From positions 1-64,000 of the forward strand of contig JBGAJQ010000015.1 in NCBI GenBank assembly GCA_044224875.1: DNA of 64,000 nucleotides, read 5' to 3'. The number at the start of each line of letters is the position of its first letter. Position 1 is the first letter of the stretch. Below the pieces are notes generated by a model. The model searched no databases. It worked only from the letters and a program-made list of their open reading frames with translations, and was not told where the DNA came from. The DNA is from Gemmatimonadaceae bacterium (GTDB lineage: Bacteria; Gemmatimonadota; Gemmatimonadetes; Gemmatimonadales; Gemmatimonadaceae). Both the position numbers and the translations under genes were made by a program. Below are positions 8,079-17,932 of the stretch, piece by piece.

Positions 8079-11000
8079 ATGAGCCATCGACCACGTGGTC
8101 TGTACGAGGCCTTGATCACCGACGCGATCGCCGCGGAGCTGGAGCAGCTCGGTGCCGAGCTCGATGCGCTCACGACCAAGGTTCGGAGCGCTGAGCTACC
8201 CGACCGATTGGCTTTTCACTTCAGCAGCGTGGTGAAGCAGGCGCTCGCGACCATTCCCGACGACGAACGTGTGGAGGCCGGAATCGCACTCGCACGCACG
8301 CTCGTTGAGCAGATCGCAAACGCTGTAGAGAAATCGCATGCCCGATCCGAGGCGCCGAACGTGTCCGGCTCCGTGCTGCGCGCCCTCCGACGGCGCACAC
8401 CGGACGGCAACCCGGAGGTCATCCCCGAACCACTGATCCCACTGCTCGACACGACTCTCCTCACCAACTCGCCAGGCGAGCCGAGAGTCGGCAGCCAGTT
8501 GTGGAGTGAGGTGCAATCGGCCGACCGCATCGACCTACTGATGGCGTTCATTCGGCGAAGTGGAATCGCGCCGTTCCTGGATATGTTTCGCCGCCACTGT
8601 GAGAACGGTCGCGAGCTACGGGTGCTCACTACGACCTTCACTGGATCTACGGAGCTGCAGGCACTGGAAGCCCTGCAAGCGTTAGGCGCCAATGTTCGCG
8701 TCTCGTATGACAAGAGCAGTTCCCGCCTCCACGCCAAGGCGTGGCTGTTCAACCGCGACTCCGGGTACTCCACGGCGTACATCGGATCGTCCAACCTGAC
8801 GCACTCGGCGCTCGTCACCGGATTGGAGTGGAATGTTCGCATATCCGGCGCAAGGAATCCCGACGCCCTTGAGAAGGTCGCAGCTGTCTTCGAGAGCTAC
8901 TGGAACAGCGGAGATTTTCTTTCATTCGACGCCGACACTTTCGCCAAGCAAACCGAGTCATCGGCACCAGAACTCAAGATCATTCTCAGTCCGATCGAGC
9001 TGCGGGCGGAGCCGTTCCAGGAGCGATTGCTCGAGCAGATCGCGGTGTCACGCGAACGGGGTCATCATCGCAACCTCCTCGTGTCAGCAACGGGCACTGG
9101 CAAGACCGTCATGGCCGCGATCGACTACGCGCGTCTGCGGGATCAGCTGCAACGGTCGCGACTTCTCTTTGTAGCGCATCGTGAGGAGATCCTTGGGCAG
9201 AGCCTGGCGACGTTCCGGCATTGCCTGCGTGACCACGCGTTTGGGGAACTCTGGGTAGGCGGGCAGCGGCCCAAGCGGTTCGAACACGTCTTTGCGTCGA
9301 TCCAGAGCCTGAGCGCGACTGGACTGGGCTCCCTGGATCCCTCGCACTTCGATGTGGTGATTGTCGACGAGTTTCACCACGCGGCGGCACCGTCGTACCG
9401 CGCGCTGCTAGAGCACGTTCAGCCGGTGGAGCTGCTCGGGCTGACGGCGACTCCCGAGCGAAGCGACGGGCTCCCGTTGCTCAGCTGGTTCGACGATCGC
9501 ATTGCCGCCGAGTTGCGGCTGTGGGATGCAATCGACCAACAGCGCCTTGTTCCGTTCGTGTACTACGGAACCCATGACGGTCTGGACCTTCGTGACATCC
9601 CCTGGAGACGCGGTCGAGGCTATGACGTTGATGGGCTCTCGAACCTGCTGACCGCGAATGACGTGTGGGCGCGCCAGGTTCTCTCGCGGGTGTCGGAGCG
9701 CGTGGACAACCACCGAGAGATGCGCGCGCTTGGCTTTTGTGTGAGCGTCGAACACGCGCGCTTCATGGCACGTGTGTTCCGGGAAGCGGGTATCGCTGCG
9801 GTGGCGGTGTGGGGAGATAGCCCCGAGATCGAGCGAGAAGGAGCCCTTGCCGACCTGCGGGCCAAGCGCGTGAACGTCGTCTTCTCAGTCGATCTGTTCA
9901 ACGAGGGCATCGACGTCCCTGCCGTCGACACGCTGCTCCTTCTCCGCCCAACCGACAGTCCGACGCTGTTCCTGCAGCAGCTCGGCAGAGGACTGCGACG
10001 TCTCGCTGGGAAATCGCATTGCACGGTTCTCGACTTCGTCGGGCACCACCGCAAGGAGTTCCGGTTCGATCGACGTTTTCGAGCGCTTCTCGGCGGCACA
10101 CGGAAGGAACTCCTGGAACAGGTCGAGCTCGCGTTTCCGTTTCTCCCCGCGGGCTGTCACATGGAGCTTGATCCCGTCGCGCGCGACATCGTGCTGGCGA
10201 ATATTCGCGCGGCGGTCCCGTCGCGCTGGACCGAGAAGGCCGCTGAGCTTCGAGAGCTGGCGAGAAGCAAGGGCGAAGTGACGCTTGCTGAGTTCCTCGA
10301 GGAGTCCGGGTTGGAGTTGGGCGACGTCTACGGTGGACAGCGGAGCTATTCGGATCTTCGCCTTGCTGCTGGTCTCCCCGTGCTCCCGGAAGGGCCGGCC
10401 GAGCAAGCCCTCAGGAGCGCGATCGGCCGTCTCCTTCACCTTGACGACTATGCGCGCCTGGATGCGTACCGCCGGCTACTGACCGAAGACCAGCCACCTA
10501 ACGTGGACGCACTTCCGGCGCGCGAGCTGGCGCTCATTCGCATGCTCGTAACCTCCCTGACCGACAAGGCGATTGAAAGGGAGGCGACACTGAGCGATGC
10601 GTGCGCTCTGCTCTGGTCCCACCCTCAGGTGCGCGCGGAGTTGATCGAACTTCTGGACGTGCTGACGAGAAACGTCGATCACCTACAACCGACGCTCAGT
10701 GGCTATCCCGATGTGCCACTGGCAGTGCACGCGCGATACACACGCATCGAAATCCTGGCGGCGTTTGGCGTTGCAGCTGGCGCCAGAGTCGCCACGTGGC
10801 GGGAGGGCGTGCGGTGGGTCGAAGATGCCAAGGCGGATCTATTTGCCTTCACCCTGGACAAGACATCAGGCCAGTTCTCGCCGACGACGCGATACCGCGA
10901 CTACGCAATTAGCAGGGAGTTGATTCATTGGGAGAGCCAGGCCGGCACTCGCGCCGACAGCCCAACAGGGCGTCGCTATCAAGATCACCTGCGAATGGGA

Positions 11001-11171
11001 ACGTCCGTGATGCTGTTCGCCCGACTCCGAGCGGATGAACGAGCGTTCTGGTTCCTGGGCCCGGCGACGTATGTCCGGCACGAACGCGAGATGCCGATGG
11101 CGATTACCTGGAGATTGCACCACCCGCTTCCCGGCGACTTGTTTGCACAATTTGCTGCAGCGGTCGCCTAA
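8079..11171 (+). CDS. PLD-like nuclease + SF2 helicase + DUF3427 protein
   Basis: RLHAKAWLF and YIGSSNL (HKD-type), ATGTGKT, DEFHH, LTATPER, VDLFNEGID, QQLGRGLR, C-terminal YRDYAISRELIHWESQ. Confidence 0.9.
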   Translation: MSHRPRGLYEALITDAIAAELEQLGAELDALTTKVRSAELPDRLAFHFSSVVKQALATIPDDERVEAGIALARTLVEQIANAVEKSHARSEAPNVSGSVLRALRRRTPDGNPEVIPEPLIPLLDTTLLTNSPGEPRVGSQLWSEVQSADRIDLLMAFIRRSGIAPFLDMFRRHCENGRELRVLTTTFTGSTELQALEALQALGANVRVSYDKSSSRLHAKAWLFNRDSGYSTAYIGSSNLTHSALVTGLEWNVRISGARNPDALEKVAAVFESYWNSGDFLSFDADTFAKQTESSAPELKIILSPIELRAEPFQERLLEQIAVSRERGHHRNLLVSATGTGKTVMAAIDYARLRDQLQRSRLLFVAHREEILGQSLATFRHCLRDHAFGELWVGGQRPKRFEHVFASIQSLSATGLGSLDPSHFDVVIVDEFHHAAAPSYRALLEHVQPVELLGLTATPERSDGLPLLSWFDDRIAAELRLWDAIDQQRLVPFVYYGTHDGLDLRDIPWRRGRGYDVDGLSNLLTANDVWARQVLSRVSERVDNHREMRALGFCVSVEHARFMARVFREAGIAAVAVWGDSPEIEREGALADLRAKRVNVVFSVDLFNEGIDVPAVDTLLLLRPTDSPTLFLQQLGRGLRRLAGKSHCTVLDFVGHHRKEFRFDRRFRALLGGTRKELLEQVELAFPFLPAGCHMELDPVARDIVLANIRAAVPSRWTEKAAELRELARSKGEVTLAEFLEESGLELGDVYGGQRSYSDLRLAAGLPVLPEGPAEQALRSAIGRLLHLDDYARLDAYRRLLTEDQPPNVDALPARELALIRMLVTSLTDKAIEREATLSDACALLWSHPQVRAELIELLDVLTRNVDHLQPTLSGYPDVPLAVHARYTRIEILAAFGVAAGARVATWREGVRWVEDAKADLFAFTLDKTSGQFSPTTRYRDYAISRELIHWESQAGTRADSPTGRRYQDHLRMGTSVMLFARLRADERAFWFLGPATYVRHEREMPMAITWRLHHPLPGDLFAQFAAAVA

Positions 11172-11220
11172 CGAGCACCGTTCGAGCTCACGCAAGTGAT
11201 GTCTGTCTCATGCTCCGACG

Positions 11221-11637
11221 TCAAGCCTCGGTCGAGGGCTCGCCGACCCGTAAGCGATGTTCGACAAACAGCCGGTCACTAGGCGCGAGTGGTAGCAACG
11301 CCAGCTCTGCCAGCCCTCCCCAAAGGTGCGCCGCGTGTTCGAGGCACCGTGGTTCGCCGGAGATCGACACCGGGACGAACGCAATCAGGAAGGGAGATCC
11401 TTCATCGTGAACAGCGAAGAGCTCCATTCCCGTCACGCTGGCATCAACGCCGAGTTCCTCAGCCAGTTCTCGCTGAACTGCGTCGGCGTCGGATTCACCG
11501 GGTTCGCACTTTCCACCTGGGAACTCCCAGAGCCCGCCGTGCCGCTTATGACTCGGTCGTTGGCAGACCAGGTAGCGGCCGTCGCGCTGGATGACGGCCG
11601 CGAGCACACGGACCAATGCGTTGGATTCAGCGGTCAA
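11221..11637 (-). CDS. MutT-like NUDIX (deoxy)nucleoside triphosphate pyrophosphohydrolase
   Basis: Nudix box WEFPGGKCEPGESDADAVQRELAEELGV; LAPSD C-terminus. Confidence 0.9.
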   Translation of the reverse strand: MTAESNALVRVLAAVIQRDGRYLVCQRPSHKRHGGLWEFPGGKCEPGESDADAVQRELAEELGVDASVTGMELFAVHDEGSPFLIAFVPVSISGEPRCLEHAAHLWGGLAELALLPLAPSDRLFVEHRLRVGEPSTEA

Positions 11638-12151
11638 GATGCCGATCAGTCACCGGAAGCGCCCATTGTACGACGATCCACTTGAAGATACCAGGCTGGT
11701 GGTGCCGCGACCGGACTCGAATACACCGTGGGTGCCGGCTCAACTGGGAGGCCGCTGGTGTTCACGATGTCGGCGGTGAACTCCTTGTTCTGCGTACCGG
11801 TCGCCCGCTCGACGTGATCGCAACTTGTATCGTGCCCTTTGCACTGGTGTAGCTGACGGGCAGCTTCGCCCGATACAGCCGTCCAGACAGGGCGGTGCGC
11901 GTCGCATCACGCCCTCCGATCGCCAATCGATCTGCCGGGCTGTCGACACGGCTTGGATGGCACGGACTGGCGGTTCCGCAGCCAGCAGGTCGTTGATTCA
12001 GCTCCAAGGCACGCCTCTCTCTCGCGTGCACTCTTTACGACGTCGCCCTGACAGCCCCATCTTTCAAGAGGACGTGGCAACCGGGCGGTGGGGCTGGCTT
12101 TCGCTTTCTGCTACCTGCGCGGCTCTGCGGACCAGTTCCTCGATCGACCAC

Positions 12152-13385
12152 ATGCCATCCTCGGACGACGTCTTTCAATTCATGCAGAACCGGCGTGACG
12201 CACCCTCGCCGCTCGTGCTCGTACATGGCGTCTGGTCTACCGGTTCGGGCTGGTACCCCCAGGCCATCGTGGCGTGCGCACCATTCTTCACCCTGCACGT
12301 CACGCAGTACGGAAAGCTCGGAACCTGGGCCGAGACATTCCATCACTGGACCAGCAGTGAGCAAGAACGGGAGACCACCTTTCTTCAAATCGCGGAGGAA
12401 GTGCTCAGCCAGCTCCCGGAGGCACTGGCAGCAACGGCTCGTGCTTGGCAGGGGCCTCGGCCCACGTTGATCGCACATAGCTATGGAACGGTTCTTGTCT
12501 ACCGGTTCCTGCGCGATCGCCAGTGCGTGGTTGAAGACGTGCTCCTGCGAGGGTCGCCTTTGCGACAGTCGACACCGTTCAACACTCTGCGGGGGCAACA
12601 CGCGAGCGTCCATAGCTTACTCGGCGAAAGCGACCCGATCGTGAATTTCGCTTGGCTCATGCAACCCTTGGGACGCTTCCTAGGCGGCGAGTCCGACGTA
12701 CCGCCGCATCACGGTGGCTTTGGCAAGGGTCGATTGGAAGAACCAGAGACGTATCGCAACGCTGGTCTTGGCGGCGGCCATCTGACCATTGCCGATGCCG
12801 ACAAGCCGAAGACCTGGACGTGCCGGTCTTGCCACGATGAGCCAGCGACACCGGTGCACACCTGGGCGGTGAACGGCTGGGACCACACATCGGTGAACCG
12901 GCAGGATGTGCATCGCTACTGGTTCCCGCTCTTGTTGGGCTGGGAACCGGCGTACTGGGCGGCGTACCTGCAGTCACTGCGAACGTTGGTGCGGCGCCCC
13001 GATGAGCCGATGCCTCAGGTAGATCCCGATCAGCTGCAACGGTGGCTCCACGACGACACGTTGGATGTATTCTGGTACCCCTACCGTACGGCCGTCCGAC
13101 TTCATCGTGACGTCGCTCCAAACCTCGGCGCGCTCCGACGGGGTCCTGCTCGCCGCGTTCAAGGAGGATATCCCGGACTATGAAGTCGTGATCGCCTGGA
13201 CGTTCGTGATCCAGGCACGACGCGCGATCGACGCATGGTACAAGGCCAGCGAACCTCGCTATGGAGCTGACGGCTACACGTTTGAGCCGTCGGGGCCGGA
13301 CGATCCGCGGCGCGCGCTGCTGCCGGAGTCGCTTTCCACGCTGACCCGCGACATCTTCGTCCGTTGGTTGCTGAACCGTGGCTAG
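12152..13385 (+). CDS. alpha/beta hydrolase-fold protein, apparently frameshifted near 13075-13095 (ORFs 12152-13183 and 13065-13385)
   Basis: LVLVHGVWS, TLIAHSYGT nucleophile elbow, LLRGSPL, ESDPIV, WDHTS; GC3-rich codons move to the +1 frame after ~13090. Confidence 0.6.
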
Positions 13386-14073
13386 CCGAAAGTCGTCTCC
13401 ATCTTCAGCCGCACCGGAAGGATTCGTTGAAGCCATGGCGGCCGTCCTGAAGGAGCCGCGTGACGAGCGCGCTTGGCGTACTTTGCACGCGGTAGCCGGG
13501 CCCGGCCTGCGGCGTGTGGTGGCTAGAGTACTCGGGCAAGGTCGGGAGTCCGACTATGACGACGCCCTCGCCCTTACGTGGGAAAGACTCTTGCTGCATC
13601 TGACGGGCGACATTGAACAAAAGCGACTGGATGCGCCGTGGTCGTACCTGACGATGGTGGCTCGCAACACGGCCATCGACTTACTCCGCAAGCGCTCGGT
13701 TCGCCCGCCCGCTGAAGGTGTCATCATCTCGGGCACGGATGAGCGAGGGTCGGCCGATCAAGGTACGATTCTTCCCGCGCGCGCCGAGGACCCGCTGGAC
13801 GAGCTGATCGCCGACAATCTTCGGAGCTACCTCGAGGAGAAAATTGGAGCTCGCGAATGGGCCATCATCTCCTACACGGCGGAAGGGTATTCCTCGGGAG
13901 AGATAGCCGAGCGACTTACCGCCGGCGGAATGCCCACGACCGATGCAGCCGTCCGGCAGGCTAAGAAGCGGGCACTGGTGCATATTGCGGCAGTGCTGAG
14001 TGCTCAAGGCGATTGGATCCAGAGACAGGGGAAATCTCCTGTCACAAAGCGTTCACGTCATCCGTCTGAGTAG
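13378..14073 (+). CDS. ECF-type RNA polymerase sigma factor
   Basis: Region 2 DDALALTW...WSYLTMVARNTAIDLLRK; region 4 EGYSSGEIAERL...AAVRQAKKRA. Confidence 0.8.
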   Translation: MASRKSSPSSAAPEGFVEAMAAVLKEPRDERAWRTLHAVAGPGLRRVVARVLGQGRESDYDDALALTWERLLLHLTGDIEQKRLDAPWSYLTMVARNTAIDLLRKRSVRPPAEGVIISGTDERGSADQGTILPARAEDPLDELIADNLRSYLEEKIGAREWAIISYTAEGYSSGEIAERLTAGGMPTTDAAVRQAKKRALVHIAAVLSAQGDWIQRQGKSPVTKRSRHPSE

Positions 14074-14171
14074 GGCTATGAGCCATAGCTCCAACAAGAT
14101 TCGGCGTCACAGCAGCGCCTACGACTACGTCCTATATGATGGGCGGGCGACCTGCCTGCCCTCCCTTCACC

Positions 14172-14206
14172 CCCGGGGACGGCACCTCTGCCTCCCCGGG
14201 CTTTTT
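14172..14206 (+). terminator. intrinsic terminator-like hairpin between sigma and zinc-finger genes
   Basis: CCCGGGGA-c-GGCA-cctc-TGCC-TCCCCGGG followed by CTTTTT. Confidence 0.55.
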
Positions 14207-14235
14207 GTCTCTAGCACTCAAGAGGAACTCTGACG

Positions 14236-14796
14236 ATGGCACCCAAGACGGCAGAATTGCTCGCCGCGAAAGCAGCGCAGCGCGCCGCGCCTCCGCAGAC
14301 GAGCGACGAACCGGCGTCCGCGGCAGCCGACCGGTTGGAACGAACCGCGCGCGCGCTCGGAATGACTGTCGACGAATACATTCAGCACTACGGGACACAT
14401 GCGCCCCCATCAACGGCGCTCGCCGGGCGCTCTTGTCCGAGCGACTTACAGTGGACACGCATTCGCCAGTCGAAGGCCCTTCCTACCGATCAGTCGCTTC
14501 GAGCGCACCTGGCGTCCTGCATCCGATGCGGACCTCGAGCCATGGCATGGCTTGGCCCGGAACGCTGGCGGCAACTCAAGTCTGAATCGTTCCCACAGAA
14601 TCTGCGCTGTCTGGACCTGGAGACGCTGCAGCTGAGTATCGTGGCGCCGAAGAAGCTCCCCAGCTGGGCATCTGAACACCTCAACTGGTGCGGCACCTGC
14701 CAGGACGATCGAGATTCGAAGGATGGTCCGGAGTTGTCTCGCGAAACCGCCGAACGGTTGATGAACGTCAAAGCGTTGTTGAACGTCCGCACCTGA
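14236..14796 (+). CDS. putative soluble anti-sigma factor with two zf-HC2-like motifs
   Basis: HLASCIRC and HLNWCGTC, each preceded by a Cys ~20 aa upstream; GAGGA RBS; follows the ECF sigma gene. Confidence 0.6.
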   Translation: MAPKTAELLAAKAAQRAAPPQTSDEPASAAADRLERTARALGMTVDEYIQHYGTHAPPSTALAGRSCPSDLQWTRIRQSKALPTDQSLRAHLASCIRCGPRAMAWLGPERWRQLKSESFPQNLRCLDLETLQLSIVAPKKLPSWASEHLNWCGTCQDDRDSKDGPELSRETAERLMNVKALLNVRT

Positions 14797-14885
14797 TTTG
14801 TGTCGCCTGTGTCACAGTTGAGTTAGCGTCTACGTCTACGGGTGGAAGGAAGTGCCGCCAACTTCTTCCATCCGGAGACGAGACG

Positions 14886-15671
14886 ATGAGTACCTCGCGA
14901 GACTCGCACGAGAGGCATCCGGACCTGGAGGTCGTGCGCGAACGGATCGTGGACAGCACGGCGCGCGCGATTTCACAGAAGGTGGTGGACTCACACCCGG
15001 TGTTGCAGGAAGCGCTCTTTCATTTCTCGGCGATTGGCGCCGCGCTGCTGAACTCTCCTGCCGACAGCCACAACTCGCTGTTCATGGTCTTGCCGTACGG
15101 CGTCGGTGGCATGCATGAGGCGCCCACTCTGCCGCGGCGCGCCCGCCCGCCGACACATCTCGTCGCCCGCGTGGCGCATGACGGTTGCGAGGACCAGCTG
15201 CCGACGATCCATCGGACGGACTTTCCGGCAATCGTTCATGCCGCCGCCTTCGGGCCAATCCCGCACCAGCCAGCTGGTACGCCGGCAGATCTCTATGACA
15301 TCCCCGGCGGTCCACCCGAAGCCGTCTTTGTACCCAAAGTGTCCGACTGGCACCCACAGCTCCAGAACTACCGCATTGGAGAAGGCAAGGAACGCGATGA
15401 GTTGGTCACTGCCATCCTCCGCGATTGTCAAGAAGGAACCGTGAACAGTCTCCTCGCCTTACCCTTGCTTTGTCCATGGCCAACCGTCAGCTCCACCGGT
15501 TCGCGCAAACTGGTCGGCCATGTCCTGATTACGTCGTCCGCTCCATCTCTCCTCCGTCGTTCTCAACACCATCGCACGGTGAGTCGCCGATCTGAGCTCG
15601 AGTCTGTGCTGTCCGCCTTCGCCGAGTTGGTGGCGGTCGCCTCGAACCTCATTTCGCCGGCGTCACAGTAG
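14886..15671 (+). CDS. hypothetical protein with GAF-like C-terminal half
   Basis: GGAG RBS; AVFVPKV...VNSLLALPLL...LVGHVLITSS...LSAFAELVAVA pattern is GAF-like. Confidence 0.5.
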   Translation: MSTSRDSHERHPDLEVVRERIVDSTARAISQKVVDSHPVLQEALFHFSAIGAALLNSPADSHNSLFMVLPYGVGGMHEAPTLPRRARPPTHLVARVAHDGCEDQLPTIHRTDFPAIVHAAAFGPIPHQPAGTPADLYDIPGGPPEAVFVPKVSDWHPQLQNYRIGEGKERDELVTAILRDCQEGTVNSLLALPLLCPWPTVSSTGSRKLVGHVLITSSAPSLLRRSQHHRTVSRRSELESVLSAFAELVAVASNLISPASQ

Positions 15672-15695
15672 CACGCCTCCGCCCAGGAGGAACCC

Positions 15696-15729
15696 GACCC
15701 TCGCGCTCTTCCCCGGGAGCGCGAGGGTC
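15696..15729. terminator. 13-bp perfect stem-loop between convergent genes
   Basis: GACCCTCGCGCTC-N8-GAGCGCGAGGGTC. Confidence 0.6.
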
Positions 15730-15933
15730 ATGGCGTAGAGGCTTGCGTGTCAGCGGACACCATCAGCTCACCTCTCACCAACCGAAGATCGGCGAGGGTG
15801 TTCCATCGATCGCGCCGTGCGCGGAACAAAGGGCGTGCTGATCGGGCTTGCGCGCCCGCTCAAAACGCGTCGCCGGAAGACGCGATTGGTACTCGACCGA
15901 CTTGGAACTGGTGCGTGACGGCTCACAGTTCAC

Positions 15934-16932
15934 TCAGCAAACCACACCGAGATGAAAGTCTTCGTCCACATCGCCCCCACCTTGTGAGACGAGCCGTCGT
16001 AACTCCACCGTAAAAGCGTGCGCCGTGGCCCCGGCCCCGATCTCCACCGTTGCAGCTGTAGCCGGAATCCCGCGCCCGGACGATCCACGCGTGACCAGCG
16101 TCGCACAATTCGCAGTGCTCCCCGTGCTGTTGACCGTGTACCGACCCAGCGACGTGTGCGTGACCGTACCGGCGCCGGCCGGACTCCCACGCACCACCAA
16201 GCCACTCGCAGCCAACACGGCCTGCGCAGTGTTCGGCGCGGTGCCACAGAGGGTGATCAGGTGAAACGGCAACCCACCCTGCGTCACACCATTGGCGTCC
16301 CTGGTCTCCACACGCACGGTGTTCACGCCTACATACGAGGCGGTGTAGACGCCGGCGACGGTCGGCACGGGCCCCGAGCCCGCGTCGCCCACCGTGGCCA
16401 GATAGCTGCAACTGGAAATGTTCTGTGGGAAAGTGACGCGATAAATCCCGGTACTTGGCGCGGCGATGGTTACGCCTCCCGATGACCGGGCGACCTGCCC
16501 GTTAGACGTCACGACCGCAAAGGGCATGACAGTGCTGCAGCTGACGAGGAGGTGGAATGGGCTCGGGATAGCTGCGCCAGACTGCGTCCGCGAAATTACA
16601 GCGACGCTGTTCGGCGTCTGTCCCCCCGACGTCGAGACGGTGATGGCATCCGCGTACGCACTCGTCGGCGTAGCGACGTACGCACACGGCGACACGTCCT
16701 GCGTGAACGACACCTCCACAACGCCAGCGCCACGCGTGGTTACACTGGACACCCCGCGACCGGCTCGCAGGGACCCCTGGATATCGACGACGGCAAAGCG
16801 ATTGCTGCTGGCGGCTGCGTCGATGGCCGCGGTGGCACGTGCCTGGGCGTCCACAAGAGCAACGGGAGCCTGCGCATCTCGGCAGGCGGCGATGGCGACC
16901 ACGGCAAGCCACGCGGTGATGCAACGCTTCAT
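15934..16932 (-). CDS. lipoprotein with three tandem ~95-aa beta-rich repeats
   Basis: Signal MKRCITAWLAVVAIAAC; repeats begin (F/Q)AV(V/L)..G and end FHL...C. Confidence 0.75.
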   Translation of the reverse strand: MKRCITAWLAVVAIAACRDAQAPVALVDAQARATAAIDAAASSNRFAVVDIQGSLRAGRGVSSVTTRGAGVVEVSFTQDVSPCAYVATPTSAYADAITVSTSGGQTPNSVAVISRTQSGAAIPSPFHLLVSCSTVMPFAVVTSNGQVARSSGGVTIAAPSTGIYRVTFPQNISSCSYLATVGDAGSGPVPTVAGVYTASYVGVNTVRVETRDANGVTQGGLPFHLITLCGTAPNTAQAVLAASGLVVRGSPAGAGTVTHTSLGRYTVNSTGSTANCATLVTRGSSGRGIPATAATVEIGAGATAHAFTVELRRLVSQGGGDVDEDFHLGVVC

Positions 16933-17149
16933 CGGAGTCCTGACGGTGTTGGTGGCCGGCGCCTCGAAAGAGGGCGCCTGATCAAACGTAAGGTGCGCCA
17001 TGGGGCGGCTAGGCGCGAGCGCCCAGACGCCGAGCCGCTCGCGCGACTGTGGCGTCCACGCCCCCCATTGCGCCTCAACCTGCGAGGGCCCGAGAATCAA
17101 CCCTCCCGCGGCCCCTTCAGGCAGCGCGAAGCCCCGTGAGGCCATCTCG

Positions 17150-17893
17150 TTGGATGCACTGCGATTGCGTCTGTTCGGCACGACGCAAACCATCCGCTTT
17201 CTGCCCTATCCGACCATGCTCTTCCTGGGCATGGCCACCGGCGTCGCCGTCGGCTCCTACTACGCCGCTCAACGTGGCCTCCCGGTCGACCGCACGTACT
17301 TCGCCTACACCGTCCTTCTCATCCCCGCGCTACTCGGCGCGCGTGTGTTGTACGTGATCCGGTACTGGCGACACTACCGGCAGCATCCACAACTGATCCT
17401 TGCCCGCAACGACGGTGGGCTCGCCCTCTATGGCGGGCTCCTCCTCGCCCTCCTGTGCTCGTGGCCGTTGCTCACTGCACTCGACATTCCCCCCGCGCGC
17501 TTCTGGGACGGTGCGGCAGTGGTCATCCTGGTGGGCATGGTCCTCACGAAGATCGGCTGCCACCTGAACGGATGCTGCGCCGGTCGACCCACCACCGCGT
17601 GGTGGGGGGTGCAGCTGCGACGTGACGGCGGTCGCTTCAAGCGGACACCGGCACAGCTGCTGGAAAGCGCGCTCGCCCTCACGTTGCTGGTTACGCTGCT
17701 TGCAGCTTCAACACATCTTCCTTTCGACGGCGCGTTGTTCTGGTGGGCGTCACTGGGATACGCGGCCAGTCGGTTTGTGCTGGAAGGGATGCGCGACACG
17801 TTCGACCAGAAACACCTGATGAATTCGAATCGGTGGATCTCGGTTGCACTCGCCGGAGCCGCCATCCTGGCATTGGTTTTCGGAGGTCCGTAG
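17150..17893 (+). CDS. lgt: prolipoprotein diacylglyceryl transferase family protein (divergent Lgt paralog; start uncertain, 17000-17216)
   Basis: LLGARVLYV, GGLALYGG, FWD, KIGCHLNGCCAGRPT, PAQLLES, YAASRFVLEGMR; multiple TM segments. Confidence 0.8.
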   Translation: MDALRLRLFGTTQTIRFLPYPTMLFLGMATGVAVGSYYAAQRGLPVDRTYFAYTVLLIPALLGARVLYVIRYWRHYRQHPQLILARNDGGLALYGGLLLALLCSWPLLTALDIPPARFWDGAAVVILVGMVLTKIGCHLNGCCAGRPTTAWWGVQLRRDGGRFKRTPAQLLESALALTLLVTLLAASTHLPFDGALFWWASLGYAASRFVLEGMRDTFDQKHLMNSNRWISVALAGAAILALVFGGP

Positions 17894-17932
17894 GTCCCCC
17901 ATTCGCCCGTTGATCCCCGGAGGTCACCTCGA

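Noticed and set aside
11640..12030. Possible degraded gene on the minus strand (LYRAKLPVSYTSAKGTIQVAI..., ATGTQNKEFTADIVNTSG...)
   Set aside because: Protein-like patches in different frames but no recognisable family, start or continuous frame
11825..12151. N-terminal 109 aa of the 452-aa ORF
   Set aside because: Arg/Ser-rich non-coding-like translation; hydrolase motifs begin after ATG 12152
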